Assembly (NCBI GenBank): GCA_963675245.1
Contig: OY775910.1
Span: forward strand, 448,001 to 512,000
DNA from: Acholeplasmataceae bacterium
GTDB taxonomy: Bacteria > Bacillota_I > Bacilli_A > Acholeplasmatales > Acholeplasmataceae
Length of the DNA stretch: 64,000 bases
Direction of reading: 5' to 3'
Made by a program: the position numbers and the translations under genes. The first letter of the stretch is position 1; every line of letters begins with the position of its first letter. The notes under the pieces were generated by a model. The model was not told the origin of the DNA. It made no database searches and saw nothing but the letters and a program-made list of their open reading frames with translations. Below are positions 37,733 to 47,600 of the stretch, one piece after another.

Positions 37733-37757
37733 AAAAGAGCGATTATCGCTCTTTTTG
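37733..37757. terminator. Bidirectional terminator between hsp20 and the DEAD-box gene
   Basis: AAAAGAGCGAT-T-ATCGCTCTTTT. Confidence 0.75.
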
Positions 37758-37761
37758 CTTG

Positions 37762-39003
37762 TTACGCCTTACTTCTTGCTGGCTTATATGTTTTGTTTGT
37801 ATGATAGTAAAACTTCTTTTTCGCCTTCGGCTTATAAGACTTGGTTTGCATCTTCGTCTTTTTAGGTTGTTCTTGAACAAATGGGTGATAACCAACCACA
37901 TTAATTGTTTGTTTAATGTGACGTTCAACACTCGCTAATAGTTTTCGTTCATTGATATCGCAAAACGACATCGCTATCCCAGATAATCCTGCACGACCTG
38001 TACGGCCAATACGGTGAATATACGTTTCCGCTTCTTCAGGTAAATCATAATTGATCACGAATGATAAATTCTTAATATCAATCCCACGTGACGCGACATC
38101 CGTCGCGACTAATACACTTGTTCTTCTCTTTTTGAAGTTAGCAAGTGCACGTTCACGTGCATTTTGTGATTTATTACCATGAATGGTTTCTGCTTTAATA
38201 CCCGCTTTAAGCAACTCTTTCTCAAGATGATCTGCACCATGTTTCGTTCTTGTGAATACCAAAAGATTGTCTATTTGCATCTCTTCAATTAAATGTAATA
38301 ACAATTCAGTCTTTTGTTTCCTACTCACATAGTAAAGATGTTGAGAAATCTGTTCTACTGTTTCAGTGACGGGTGCGATCGCGATACGTTCAGGATCTTT
38401 TAACAACTCTTTTGCTAACGCTTCAATTGCTTTTGGCATCGTTGCAGAAAATAGCATCGTTTGTCTTTCTTGATGCATGTATTTCACAATCTCTTTCACA
38501 TCGACAATAAATCCCATATCAAGCATACGGTCAGCTTCATCTAAAACGAAATACTTAATATCGTTTAATTTTAAAACACGTTGTCTTAATAAATCAAGAA
38601 GTCTACCTGGTGTTGCGATAATGATATCGACACCTTTTCTAATCGCTTGTTCTTGTTTCTTTTGAGAAACACCACCAAAAATAACGGTGTGTCTTAATCC
38701 AGTATGTTTACCATAAAGTCTGAAGCTTTGCCCTATCTGATTCGCCAACTCTCTTGTTGGTGTTAAAATAAGCGCTGCTAACTTATGTTTTTTATCTCTT
38801 TTTTTGTCTTCGTAAATGTGCTGTAATATCGGTACTGCAAATGCAGCTGTCTTACCAGTACCCGTTTGTGCACTACCTAATACATCATTTCCACCCAATA
38901 ATAATGGAATGGCTTGTTCTTGTATTGGTGTTGGTGTTACATAGCCCTTTTCCTCGATTGATTTGAGGATGTTAGGGATAATACCTAAATCATAAAATGT
39001 CAT
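37762..39003 (-). CDS. DEAD-box RNA helicase (RhlE-like)
   Basis: PTPIQ, AQTGTGKT, PTRELA, DEAD, SAT, HRIGRTGR. Confidence 0.95.
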   Translation of the reverse strand: MTFYDLGIIPNILKSIEEKGYVTPTPIQEQAIPLLLGGNDVLGSAQTGTGKTAAFAVPILQHIYEDKKRDKKHKLAALILTPTRELANQIGQSFRLYGKHTGLRHTVIFGGVSQKKQEQAIRKGVDIIIATPGRLLDLLRQRVLKLNDIKYFVLDEADRMLDMGFIVDVKEIVKYMHQERQTMLFSATMPKAIEALAKELLKDPERIAIAPVTETVEQISQHLYYVSRKQKTELLLHLIEEMQIDNLLVFTRTKHGADHLEKELLKAGIKAETIHGNKSQNARERALANFKKRRTSVLVATDVASRGIDIKNLSFVINYDLPEEAETYIHRIGRTGRAGLSGIAMSFCDINERKLLASVERHIKQTINVVGYHPFVQEQPKKTKMQTKSYKPKAKKKFYYHTNKTYKPARSKA

Positions 39004-39142
39004 TCAATTTTCCTTTTTCTTTCCAAAACTCATAATAAAAGAGGCATGCTATTAAACTAGCAGCCCCTTATAAGAATCTGTTTCGCATTAACTACTTAAA
39101 CAGTATACCACATTTGTGTCATATTGTTTATTTAAAACGTTA

Positions 39143-40498
39143 TCAATCATATTCTCCATATGAATCTTCACGCTCTTCTTTAGATACGAACCTAGAATAT
39201 TCAGTATCAAATCTAAACGATAGACGAATACCAGCCATACCTTGCCTGTTTTTCGCAATCGACAATTCAACGTCACCTGTCTTCTTTTCAATATCATGAA
39301 TGTAATAATCACCACGATATAAAAACATTACGATATCGGCATCCTGTTCAATCGATCCTGATTCACGAAGATCAGCTAAGACCGGTCTCTTATCCTCACG
39401 TTTTTCAACGTCACGTGATAACTGCGATAACGCTAAGACTGGCACGTGTAATTCTCTCGCCATTTGTTTTAAAGCCCTAGAGATTTTAGCCACTTCTTCT
39501 TGTCTGTTACCTGATCTTGTGTCTCCTTTTATCAACTGGAGATAGTCAATGACGACGAAATCAAGTTTATCTTCTTGTTTTAATTTACGACATTTAGCTC
39601 GAATATCCGCGACTGTCACCGCAGATGAATCATCAAATGCGATATTTAATAAAGATAGTGTTTGAATACCACCTTCTAAGTGTTGCCACTCAGCTGCAGA
39701 TAGACTACCAGTTTTAATTTTATTATTTTCAACATTCGCTTCACTAGACAACATTCTAGCAGCTAATTGTTCATTACTCATTTCTAGTGAGAAAATAGCG
39801 ACCCCTGCATGTCCTTCTTTATTCAGTTTGGACACATTTAATGCAAGGTTCATTGCGAGTGCGGATTTACCCATTGAAGGACGTGCAGCAAGAATGATTA
39901 ATTCTTCTGGTTGTAAACCTGCTGTAATACGGTCTAAGTTATCAAACCCAGTACGTAAACCGGTAATACCGCCTTTTTTATTTTTATTACGTTCTGTCTT
40001 TTCTTTCACTTCAATAATAACTTCTGATAAATAAGAAAATTCAGTTGTTTTTCTTTTTTGTGCGAGTGCAAAAATTTCTTCTTCCGCACGCGTGATATAA
40101 TCAGCCGCATTTTCATCATTTAAATAGCCTTCATTTACAATATCTGATGCGAGCTTAATGACCTGTCTTTTTAGTGATCCATCTCTGACTAAATCCACAT
40201 ATGTGTTTAAGTTTCTAACAGACGGTACTGCATCTGATAAATCAAGGAGATAAGGCATACCACCAACACGCTCAAGATGACCTGCTTGCTCAAGCATCGC
40301 AGCCACACTTGCAAAGTCGACTTTAAGGTTCGCCTCATCAACGTCTTTCATTGCTTGAAAGATGAGCATATGCGCCTCTTCAAAAAAGTCTTCATTATGA
40401 AGTTGGTCTTTAACAGCAACCACTTTTTTAGGATCTAGAAATATAGCACCTAAAACTGACCGTTCTGCTTCTTGATGATAGGGTAACGACTTCGGCAT
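39143..40498 (-). CDS. dnaB: Replicative DNA helicase
   Basis: AARPSMGKS, FSLEM, IDYLQL, LSQLSR, DLRESGSIEQDAD, IAKNRQG. Confidence 0.97.
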   Translation of the reverse strand: MPKSLPYHQEAERSVLGAIFLDPKKVVAVKDQLHNEDFFEEAHMLIFQAMKDVDEANLKVDFASVAAMLEQAGHLERVGGMPYLLDLSDAVPSVRNLNTYVDLVRDGSLKRQVIKLASDIVNEGYLNDENAADYITRAEEEIFALAQKRKTTEFSYLSEVIIEVKEKTERNKNKKGGITGLRTGFDNLDRITAGLQPEELIILAARPSMGKSALAMNLALNVSKLNKEGHAGVAIFSLEMSNEQLAARMLSSEANVENNKIKTGSLSAAEWQHLEGGIQTLSLLNIAFDDSSAVTVADIRAKCRKLKQEDKLDFVVIDYLQLIKGDTRSGNRQEEVAKISRALKQMARELHVPVLALSQLSRDVEKREDKRPVLADLRESGSIEQDADIVMFLYRGDYYIHDIEKKTGDVELSIAKNRQGMAGIRLSFRFDTEYSRFVSKEEREDSYGEYD

Positions 40499-40548
40499 GT
40501 TTACTCTCCTTCTTTTCTACTTAACAAGTGTTCATATTATACCACAAT

Positions 40549-41478
40549 TTATATATCGATTTCGAGTGTTAAAAGGTGATTATAATATTCTTTATCATAC
40601 TCTTTTAATACCTTTAACATTCTAAGCGTATTAAAGCGTCCATATGTCTCTTCTTCGAGTGTAAAATGAATCAATCCAGAATGTTGAGAACCTCTTCTTG
40701 AAAGTGGTCCTTTCATGTGGCTTTTGAGCTCGTCTAGTGCTTCATCCAAGCGTGGATCATAAGGATACTTGATGCTTGCGAAAAATTCTAAAGCTTTCAA
40801 TATATCATATTTCCAACGAGGTGGATAAGTGGGACTTAAAATACCATTAAATAATGGCCTTCCATCTTTAAACGACTTAAAGAGTTCTCTTTCTAATAAT
40901 ACTTCTATACCGGCTTGCATCGCTTTTTCAAGTTCTGACGCTTTATATCTATAGCCATTATCCAAGTAATCTCTAATCGCTTCTAACATCGTTAACGTTG
41001 TGTGAACAGAAGATATTTTCGACGTTACTTTTCTGTCCCATTCACAGTTCCATCCGCCATCACGCATGCGATATCTTAAAATATAGTTAACGATCTCATT
41101 TATTTTAGGACTTTTTATTTTCGCATAGCTTGCCATAGATAACAACATACCAGATATACACATATCTTGATGTCTTCTTTTAATGACTTGATCTGGTAAA
41201 TCCCACAAGTGATCAAGTAATGTATGAATAGCTTTAAAATAAACGTGGTGACTCGGTCTAATCTCCATATACTTCAATTCTTTTAATGTATAATGTGTTG
41301 AGATCCACTTTTTACTGTAGACCGTATGACTCCACATGCCTGATTTCACATCAAAAAGAGCGAGATAACGACCAATATAACCCGTTTCTATATAGGTAAC
41401 TCTTTCTCCTAACAAATACTTTTTCGTTAATCGTTTAATGACAGGATCTCCTGTCATTAAATAGTCAATCACATTCAC
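40549..41478 (-). CDS. Conserved hypothetical protein (prenyltransferase/squalene-cyclase-like repeat fold)
   Basis: YSKKWISTHYTL, RDGGWNCE, SSVHTT, YPPRWKYDILKAL. Confidence 0.55.
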   Translation of the reverse strand: MNVIDYLMTGDPVIKRLTKKYLLGERVTYIETGYIGRYLALFDVKSGMWSHTVYSKKWISTHYTLKELKYMEIRPSHHVYFKAIHTLLDHLWDLPDQVIKRRHQDMCISGMLLSMASYAKIKSPKINEIVNYILRYRMRDGGWNCEWDRKVTSKISSVHTTLTMLEAIRDYLDNGYRYKASELEKAMQAGIEVLLERELFKSFKDGRPLFNGILSPTYPPRWKYDILKALEFFASIKYPYDPRLDEALDELKSHMKGPLSRRGSQHSGLIHFTLEEETYGRFNTLRMLKVLKEYDKEYYNHLLTLEIDI

Positions 41479-41502
41479 TATTTAACCCTCCCCAGAAGTT
41501 CT

Positions 41503-43950
41503 TTATTTCTCTACGACATTAATCTCAAACTGTGCTTTAATATCTTTATGTAACGTGACAAATGCTGTATAAATACCTACAGAGTTTATTTCGCTTTGTA
41601 GTTCTAGTTTCTTTTTATCGATGACAATACCATGTTCTTCTTGGAACTGTTCAACGATTTGTTTGGTTGTAATAGATCCAAACTGCTTACCACCTTTACC
41701 AAGCTGAATACCTACTGTAATGGATTTACCATTAATTTCTGATTTTAGTTTCTTCATTAATTCAAGATATCGTTTTTGTTCTTGAACTCTTTCTGCTTTT
41801 TCTTTTTCTAATGCTGTAACATTTTCATCTGTAGCAGCTACAGCCTTCTTTTGATTTAAAAGGAATTGTCCATAACCGTTCGCGACATCGATAATGTCAT
41901 CTTTCTTTCCTTTTCCTTTCACGTCTTCTGTTAAAATAATCTTCATCTGTTCGCCTCCTCCGTATTCTAATTCAACATATTCTTTAATTTTTTCATAAAC
42001 ATCCATGATAGATGTGTTTTTAATTTGTGCAGCGGCACTTGAAAAGTGACCTCCACCACCAATCATTTCCATCAAAACTTGCACATTCACTGTTTTCCAA
42101 CTTCTTGCGGATACAGCTACGGTTTCTTCATCCATTCTCGCTATCGTGAAGGATGCGTCAATACCATTGACCTGTAATGCTGCTTCTGAAACTTGAGCCA
42201 ATAGTGCACGATCATCATATATGTCTGTCGTAACAACAAACGCGAATCTCGCATCAACGATTTCCATTTGATCTAAGAGTTTATTGATTTCCATGGTTCT
42301 AACATAATCTTTTCTTAACCAAATCTTAACTTCTGCTGGATCAGCACCAAATTCTTTTAATTTGGATGCTACTTCAAATGTACGAGATGTCGTACGATAC
42401 ACGAAATCAGATGTGTCCATGACTAATCCACCATACATGATGGATGCTTCTAATTGACTTATTTGAAGGGGACTATCTGACATATTATAGAAACTCATCA
42501 TATCGATTAATAATTCGATCGTTGAAGATGCTGAAGGCTCGATGACAGAAAAAGTCGCGTGGAATCCTTCATCACCTGCACGATGATGATCAATCACAAT
42601 TTTAGGTGTTTTTTTCTTACAAAGTTCTGGTGCCATAGCGAGTGCTGGTGATTGTGTATCTAATAAGATTATCAAACTCCTATCATCCACATTATCTTTG
42701 ACTTCGTTGCTTGTAACTGTATCTTCAATAATATTTTTAGAGTCTTGTTTAATGCGATTAAAAACAATCTGTGTCGTGTGATCCAATTGTTCTTCATTAA
42801 CAATCATCTTGACATTTTTTTGTGTTGTCTTTGCCATATAATACATCGCTAGCATAGATCCATATGCATCCAAGTCAGCAGAATGGTGTGCCATGATATA
42901 AACTTCATCCGCTTTTTCAATATAATCTTTTATCGTTAGCGCATTGATTCTGACACCAACTCTTGAATTTCTAATCGCTGCATCACTTTTCGCACCAAAA
43001 TAGGCAATCTTTTGGTCTTGGACGTTAACAACCGCTTGATCACCACCACGCTTTTCAGCAAGTTCAACGGCATTTTGTGCATACACACCTAATTCTTCAT
43101 AGCTTATATCCCAACTTGCAATCCCCATAGAGACAGATACTCTAACTTTGTGTGTGTTTGAGATTTGTCTCACTTTATCTAACAAATCAAATTTATGTTC
43201 AATCATCATATCGAGATTGTGACGATTCGAAATAAAGACTAATTTGTCATCATCATATGGTTTTAAGTACCCATCATATTGATGTGCCCAATCATTAATC
43301 GCAGCTAAATACATACCTTGAAGAGATGATTGTTCAGAAACATCTAACATCGATAACGCTTCTTCTAAGTTATCTAAATATATCGTTCCTAATGCCGGTA
43401 TTTGTTGTTGATAACGGTGACTCATTTGTTCTCTTGAAGTTACATCAAACAAATAAAAGAACTTTAAATCTGGGCGATATGAGACATCATAATAACTTTG
43501 ATCGATTTGAATGGTAAAGTTTGTTTTTGTGCCAGACGTTGCTTCATAAAGTTTATTACTTACATCTTGTAGTCTTCGGCCGGTCACTCTATTTGAAAAA
43601 ATATGTTGTGCATGAGGATTAGCCCATTTAATTTCCAAATCCTCATCACATGCAATAATACCAATTGGTAATTCATTAAATATTTCATCGCCAACTTGTG
43701 AGACATGATATGATAATTTTGTCCACATGGATAGTCTATTTTGAAGGGTCGCTATTTTATGTCTAGATTGTTCATTAATCACAAACGTAATCGCGACAAA
43801 CATAAAAATAATACCTATGACTAAAAAGACGAATGCTGATATCGATCCGCCCGATGATAAATCAAGATATTGCCAATATAAGACGATACTGAGCAAGAAA
43901 ATAATTACTGCTACCGCCAATATAATCCAACGTTTCACGGTTTCACCCAC
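41503..43950 (-). CDS. rplI: GdpP-type c-di-AMP phosphodiesterase (TM-PAS-GGDEF-DHH-DHHA1) fused to ribosomal protein L9
   Basis: Two N-terminal TM segments, RGGDQAV, AHHSADLDA, IDHH, GGGGH; the last 147 aa are L9 (MKIILTEDVKGKGKKDDIIDVANGYG...FGSITTKQI). Confidence 0.92.
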   Translation of the reverse strand: MGETVKRWIILAVAVIIFLLSIVLYWQYLDLSSGGSISAFVFLVIGIIFMFVAITFVINEQSRHKIATLQNRLSMWTKLSYHVSQVGDEIFNELPIGIIACDEDLEIKWANPHAQHIFSNRVTGRRLQDVSNKLYEATSGTKTNFTIQIDQSYYDVSYRPDLKFFYLFDVTSREQMSHRYQQQIPALGTIYLDNLEEALSMLDVSEQSSLQGMYLAAINDWAHQYDGYLKPYDDDKLVFISNRHNLDMMIEHKFDLLDKVRQISNTHKVRVSVSMGIASWDISYEELGVYAQNAVELAEKRGGDQAVVNVQDQKIAYFGAKSDAAIRNSRVGVRINALTIKDYIEKADEVYIMAHHSADLDAYGSMLAMYYMAKTTQKNVKMIVNEEQLDHTTQIVFNRIKQDSKNIIEDTVTSNEVKDNVDDRSLIILLDTQSPALAMAPELCKKKTPKIVIDHHRAGDEGFHATFSVIEPSASSTIELLIDMMSFYNMSDSPLQISQLEASIMYGGLVMDTSDFVYRTTSRTFEVASKLKEFGADPAEVKIWLRKDYVRTMEINKLLDQMEIVDARFAFVVTTDIYDDRALLAQVSEAALQVNGIDASFTIARMDEETVAVSARSWKTVNVQVLMEMIGGGGHFSSAAAQIKNTSIMDVYEKIKEYVELEYGGGEQMKIILTEDVKGKGKKDDIIDVANGYGQFLLNQKKAVAATDENVTALEKEKAERVQEQKRYLELMKKLKSEINGKSITVGIQLGKGGKQFGSITTKQIVEQFQEEHGIVIDKKKLELQSEINSVGIYTAFVTLHKDIKAQFEINVVEK

Positions 43951-44014
43951 TTTACAATCATTATATCATAATGATTTTGTTATGCAATCAATGATCACCC
44001 GATTTGATTAAAGA

Positions 44015-44040
44015 AAAACCGCTAGCAAGGCTGCGGTTTT
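44015..44040 (-). terminator. Terminator after rpsR
   Basis: AAAACCGC...GCGGTTTT inverted repeat. Confidence 0.65.
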
Positions 44041-44049
44041 ATGTTTTAA

Positions 44050-44292
44050 TTAGTCTTTGACAAATGGAATTAATGCCATGTGTCTAGCGCGTTTGATTGC
44101 TACTGCCAATGGTCGTTGCCATTTAGCTGACGTACCTGTGACGCGTCTTGGTAAAATCTTACCTCTATCGGTAATGAATTTCTTTAGTAATTCAACGTCT
44201 TTAAAATCGATATGTTCAACTTTATTTTGTGTGAAGTAGCAAACTTTTTTACGGCGTCTAAAACCGCCGCCTTTATTATTGCGATATGCCAT
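44050..44292 (-). CDS. rpsR: 30S ribosomal protein S18
   Basis: [26 protein letters not shown]. Confidence 0.97.
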   Translation of the reverse strand: MAYRNNKGGGFRRRKKVCYFTQNKVEHIDFKDVELLKKFITDRGKILPRRVTGTSAKWQRPLAVAIKRARHMALIPFVKD

Positions 44293-44307
44293 TATGTGTC
44301 CTCCTCG

Positions 44308-44745
44308 TTAGAATGGTAAATCTTCTTCTGCAGCGAGTTGTTTACTTGTTTCGTAAAACTCATCACTGTCATTTGATGATGGCTCAGGTTGTGAGTATGC
44401 ATCATCATTATTGTTATTCGAGCTGTCGCCCCTCGTCTCTAAGAACTGTACAGAATCACAGACAACTTCCGTGATATAGCGCATATTGCCATCGACTTCG
44501 TAAGAACGCGTTTGAATTCGTCCTTCTATGCCAAGGAGTGCACCTTTACGGATGTATTGTGCAAGATTTTCAGCTTGTCTACGCCAGACAACACATTGAA
44601 TGAAGTCTGCTTGGCGTTCGCCTGATTGATCTGCAAATTGTCTATTGACTGCGAGTGTGAAGTTAACGAAATTAACGTTAGATTGAGTTGATTTAAGCTC
44701 CGGATCTTTTGTAATTCGACCCACTAGAATCACGCGATTAATCAT
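44308..44745 (-). CDS. ssb: Single-stranded DNA-binding protein
   Basis: [26 protein letters not shown], acidic DLPF tail. Confidence 0.97.
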   Translation of the reverse strand: MINRVILVGRITKDPELKSTQSNVNFVNFTLAVNRQFADQSGERQADFIQCVVWRRQAENLAQYIRKGALLGIEGRIQTRSYEVDGNMRYITEVVCDSVQFLETRGDSSNNNNDDAYSQPEPSSNDSDEFYETSKQLAAEEDLPF

Positions 44746-44748
44746 CGG

Positions 44749-45036
44749 TTACTCTCCTTCCTTCACAACGATGTAGCGAATTACTGGTTCAGTAATTCTG
44801 ACAACACGGTTGAACTCTGCAACAGCTTCTGGAGTCGCATTAACGAGTAGCCACACATAGTAGCCTTTCTTGTAATGGTTGATCTCATAAGCTAAATCTT
44901 TTAGTCCAAGTTCCTTAAGTTCAAGAACTTCCGAATTAAGATTAACGAAAATATCGTTAAAACTGTTTACGATTGTTTTAATGTTCTCGCTCTCTTCGGT
45001 TGGACGGATGATATACATGATTTCATATTTTTTCAT
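44749..45036 (-). CDS. rpsF: 30S ribosomal protein S6
   Basis: MKKYEIMYIIRP, LAYEIN; AGGAGG RBS. Confidence 0.96.
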   Translation of the reverse strand: MKKYEIMYIIRPTEESENIKTIVNSFNDIFVNLNSEVLELKELGLKDLAYEINHYKKGYYVWLLVNATPEAVAEFNRVVRITEPVIRYIVVKEGE

Positions 45037-45041
45037 CTTTT

Positions 45042-45090
45042 CCACCTCCTTCTGGTCTATGGTCTTTATTTGCATAAAGACAAGGATAAA
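45042..45090 (-). ncRNA. S6:S18 ribosomal protein leader
   Basis: Minus strand UCCUU-GUCUUUAU-GCAA-AUAAAGAC-CAUAGACC-AGAAGGAGG: anti-SD, GNRA-capped hairpin, CC-containing internal loop, then the rpsF SD. Confidence 0.65.
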
Positions 45091-45143
45091 ATCTCATGCT
45101 AGGTCATTATATCATAGAACCATCTATAATACAATAAATCACA

Positions 45144-45614
45144 TTAGTTTTTAAGTATGATTTTCTCGATTAAACGGTATGCAAGTGCAACCGTTTCTTC
45201 AATCGCTTCAACACGTGATTCATTTTCAAACGAAATGACTTCAACAAGGCATTGATTGCCATCGCTTACAGCCACAAAAGCCTCTCTTTTATCAGAGCCT
45301 TCTTGTAGGGTTGGACCAGCATTACCTGTAATCCCAACACCGATGTTTGAACAGAGTTCTAAGCGCACACTTTCTGCCATTGCTTTCGCAACTGGCGCAC
45401 TCACAATACCATGTTCGTACATGAATCTATAATTAATACCCAACACATCATATTTTACAGATTCGTTATAGGTCACTAAACTACCTTTTAATACTTTTGA
45501 AGCACCTGGATTTTCCACAATTTTGTAACTTGCGAGTCCCCCTGTCATGCTTTCTGAAAACCCTACTGTTAAATCATAGTCCAAGAGCAGTTGAAATACG
45601 TCTTTACCCGTCAT
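45144..45614 (-). CDS. CinA C-terminal / PncC nicotinamide-nucleotide amidohydrolase
   Basis: SESMTGG, PGAS, GIVS..VAKAMA, GITGNAGP. Confidence 0.88.
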   Translation of the reverse strand: MTGKDVFQLLLDYDLTVGFSESMTGGLASYKIVENPGASKVLKGSLVTYNESVKYDVLGINYRFMYEHGIVSAPVAKAMAESVRLELCSNIGVGITGNAGPTLQEGSDKREAFVAVSDGNQCLVEVISFENESRVEAIEETVALAYRLIEKIILKN

Positions 45615-46705
45615 GATAGTTCAATATCGTAAGTATGCGTTACAAACGATGTGCCTTCCTTTCGTACGATTGTCACCGATAGTATATCACCAAAATCTGC
45701 ATTTTGGATAAAACCACTTATTTCAGCAATCGTCGTCACAGATGTGCCGTTAATCGCAACAATTAAGTCTAATTCTTGTAACACTTCAACAGCTTGTCTT
45801 GTATAATCAAATCCAACGACAACAACACCAGCAGCATCGGTATCAAATTGGTCAGCATTTTCAGGATATTGTTCTAAATAATCCGTTAATTCCACAACAG
45901 TTACACCAAACTTAGGACGTCTTTCAACATTAATATAATCTTCTTCTGCATAGTTTCTAATGATTGGTGCAATCGTATTGATATTAAGTGAATAATTCAA
46001 TCCTTCTGCAGCGATATCGCCAGATTCTGTTGTGATCCATGTGTCTTTAGCAACATTAATCGCGATCACATCACCATTTAAATTGAATAATGGTCCTCCA
46101 CTATTCCCTGGATTTAATTCCGCATCATGCATGATTGCTAAATTATCGATACCATTATAGGATTGTGATGCTTTACTGACAACGCCTTGTGTCACATAAT
46201 TATAGTTCATTAAATCATTTGGTGTACCAATCGCATAAACATCTTGACCAACAATGATTTCAGTGGTTGTATTTTCACTAATTGGTTTAATATCTTTCAC
46301 TGCGAAATTTAAATCAGATACAAATCTCACAACGGCGATATCATAAAGTGAACTAGCTTGATAATCTTGTGCAGGAATCACTGTTTCTTCACTGCCATAA
46401 TAAATTCTAAGTTCATCACCGTCTGTCGCAACAGAATCAATGACGTGATAGTTTGTTAAGACATAATAAAGGAATTCACCTTCAACATCAGTCGCGTCTT
46501 TTTGGAAAATAACGCCTGATCCAAAGCCACTGTCCGTTTCAACAACGACAACCGTCGGTATAACCGATTGAAGCATATTGATTCTGGTTTGTTCATACGT
46601 GTCTGGTGATTCATATGGTGTTTCAGCTCGTAGATCTAAACATCCTACAAGAGCGAATACCATGAATAAAGTTAAAACGAGTAATAATAGTTTTCTTTTC
46701 ATCAT
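45611..46705 (-). CDS. HtrA-like serine protease (trypsin + PDZ), lipoprotein
   Basis: LVGC lipobox; LTNYHV, DIAVV, NPGNSGGPL triad; C-terminal PDZ. Confidence 0.9.
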   Translation of the reverse strand: MMKRKLLLLVLTLFMVFALVGCLDLRAETPYESPDTYEQTRINMLQSVIPTVVVVETDSGFGSGVIFQKDATDVEGEFLYYVLTNYHVIDSVATDGDELRIYYGSEETVIPAQDYQASSLYDIAVVRFVSDLNFAVKDIKPISENTTTEIIVGQDVYAIGTPNDLMNYNYVTQGVVSKASQSYNGIDNLAIMHDAELNPGNSGGPLFNLNGDVIAINVAKDTWITTESGDIAAEGLNYSLNINTIAPIIRNYAEEDYINVERRPKFGVTVVELTDYLEQYPENADQFDTDAAGVVVVGFDYTRQAVEVLQELDLIVAINGTSVTTIAEISGFIQNADFGDILSVTIVRKEGTSFVTHTYDIELS

Positions 46706-46706
46706 A

Positions 46707-47465
46707 TCAGTCTCCTAAATGAAATAGTTGATTTGCATTTCTAGTTGTTTGTCGGATGACTTCTTCTTCCGATAAATCTCGTAATCTTGCAATTTCTTTT
46801 ACAATGTAAGGTAAATATTTTGGTTCGTTACGTTTACCACGAAAAGGCGTTGGTGCTAAGTAAGGGCTATCTGTTTCTGTGAGTAACCATTCAAGTGGTA
46901 TACGTTTCGCGATATCAATCGCGTTTCTTCCATTTTTGAAGGTCACTGGACCATCAAGTCCTACATAGAAGCCTAAGTCAATCGTCTTTATAACATCGTT
47001 AAAATCTGAGCTAAAACAATGGAAGACACCTTGCACTTTATCCTTATATGGTAATACGGCTTCATACGCTTCTTCAAATGAACTTCTTGTGTGAATGATG
47101 AGTGGTTTGTTGTATTCAATGGCTAATTCGATTTGTTCTTTAAACACGTTTAATTGTGTTTCAAGATTATCCTTTCGCCAATGAAGATCAATCCCACATT
47201 CACCAATCGCGACCACCTTCGGATGATTGAGATAGGGTATTAATGTTTCAACACCACCATTATCTGCAACACTTGGATGGATACCTACGGTCGCATATAA
47301 ACCATCATATTGTTCAGCAAGTTCAACTGCTCTTTTATTTGACGCTGGATCAATACCAATCACAATGATTGGCTTTACGCCTGCAGCAAACGCATCCTTA
47401 ATGACTTGGTCGACGTCTGTTTCAAATTCTTCGATGTTAATATGGCAATGTGTGTCGATCATCAA
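46707..47465 (-). CDS. tatD: TatD family nuclease
   Basis: IDTHCH, GIHP, AIGECGID, IIHTR, FHCFS, ETDSPYL. Confidence 0.95.
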   Translation of the reverse strand: MMIDTHCHINIEEFETDVDQVIKDAFAAGVKPIIVIGIDPASNKRAVELAEQYDGLYATVGIHPSVADNGGVETLIPYLNHPKVVAIGECGIDLHWRKDNLETQLNVFKEQIELAIEYNKPLIIHTRSSFEEAYEAVLPYKDKVQGVFHCFSSDFNDVIKTIDLGFYVGLDGPVTFKNGRNAIDIAKRIPLEWLLTETDSPYLAPTPFRGKRNEPKYLPYIVKEIARLRDLSEEEVIRQTTRNANQLFHLGD

Positions 47466-47555
47466 ATCATCTCCTTACCTTGATAATATTATAACACTAT
47501 CGTGTTAAATTGTAATCGGTGAGACAGTTTCACGATATTTTAACATATAGTCTAT

Positions 47556-47581
47556 AAAAAAAGAGGCTTTTCAGCCTCTTT
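47556..47581 (-). terminator. Terminator after tuf
   Basis: AAGAGGCT-loop-AGCCTCTT plus U-tract on the minus strand. Confidence 0.8.
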
Positions 47582-47600
47582 AAATATATGTTTTTGGTTA

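Noticed and set aside
41940..41970. gdpP-rplI fusion as a sequencing artefact
   Set aside because: The frame is continuous with no homopolymer at the junction, and such fusions are known in Acholeplasmataceae.
47470..47555. Imperfect hairpin between the tuf terminator and tatD as an ncRNA
   Set aside because: Pairing is AT-rich and interrupted, and the region is adequately explained as the tatD promoter.
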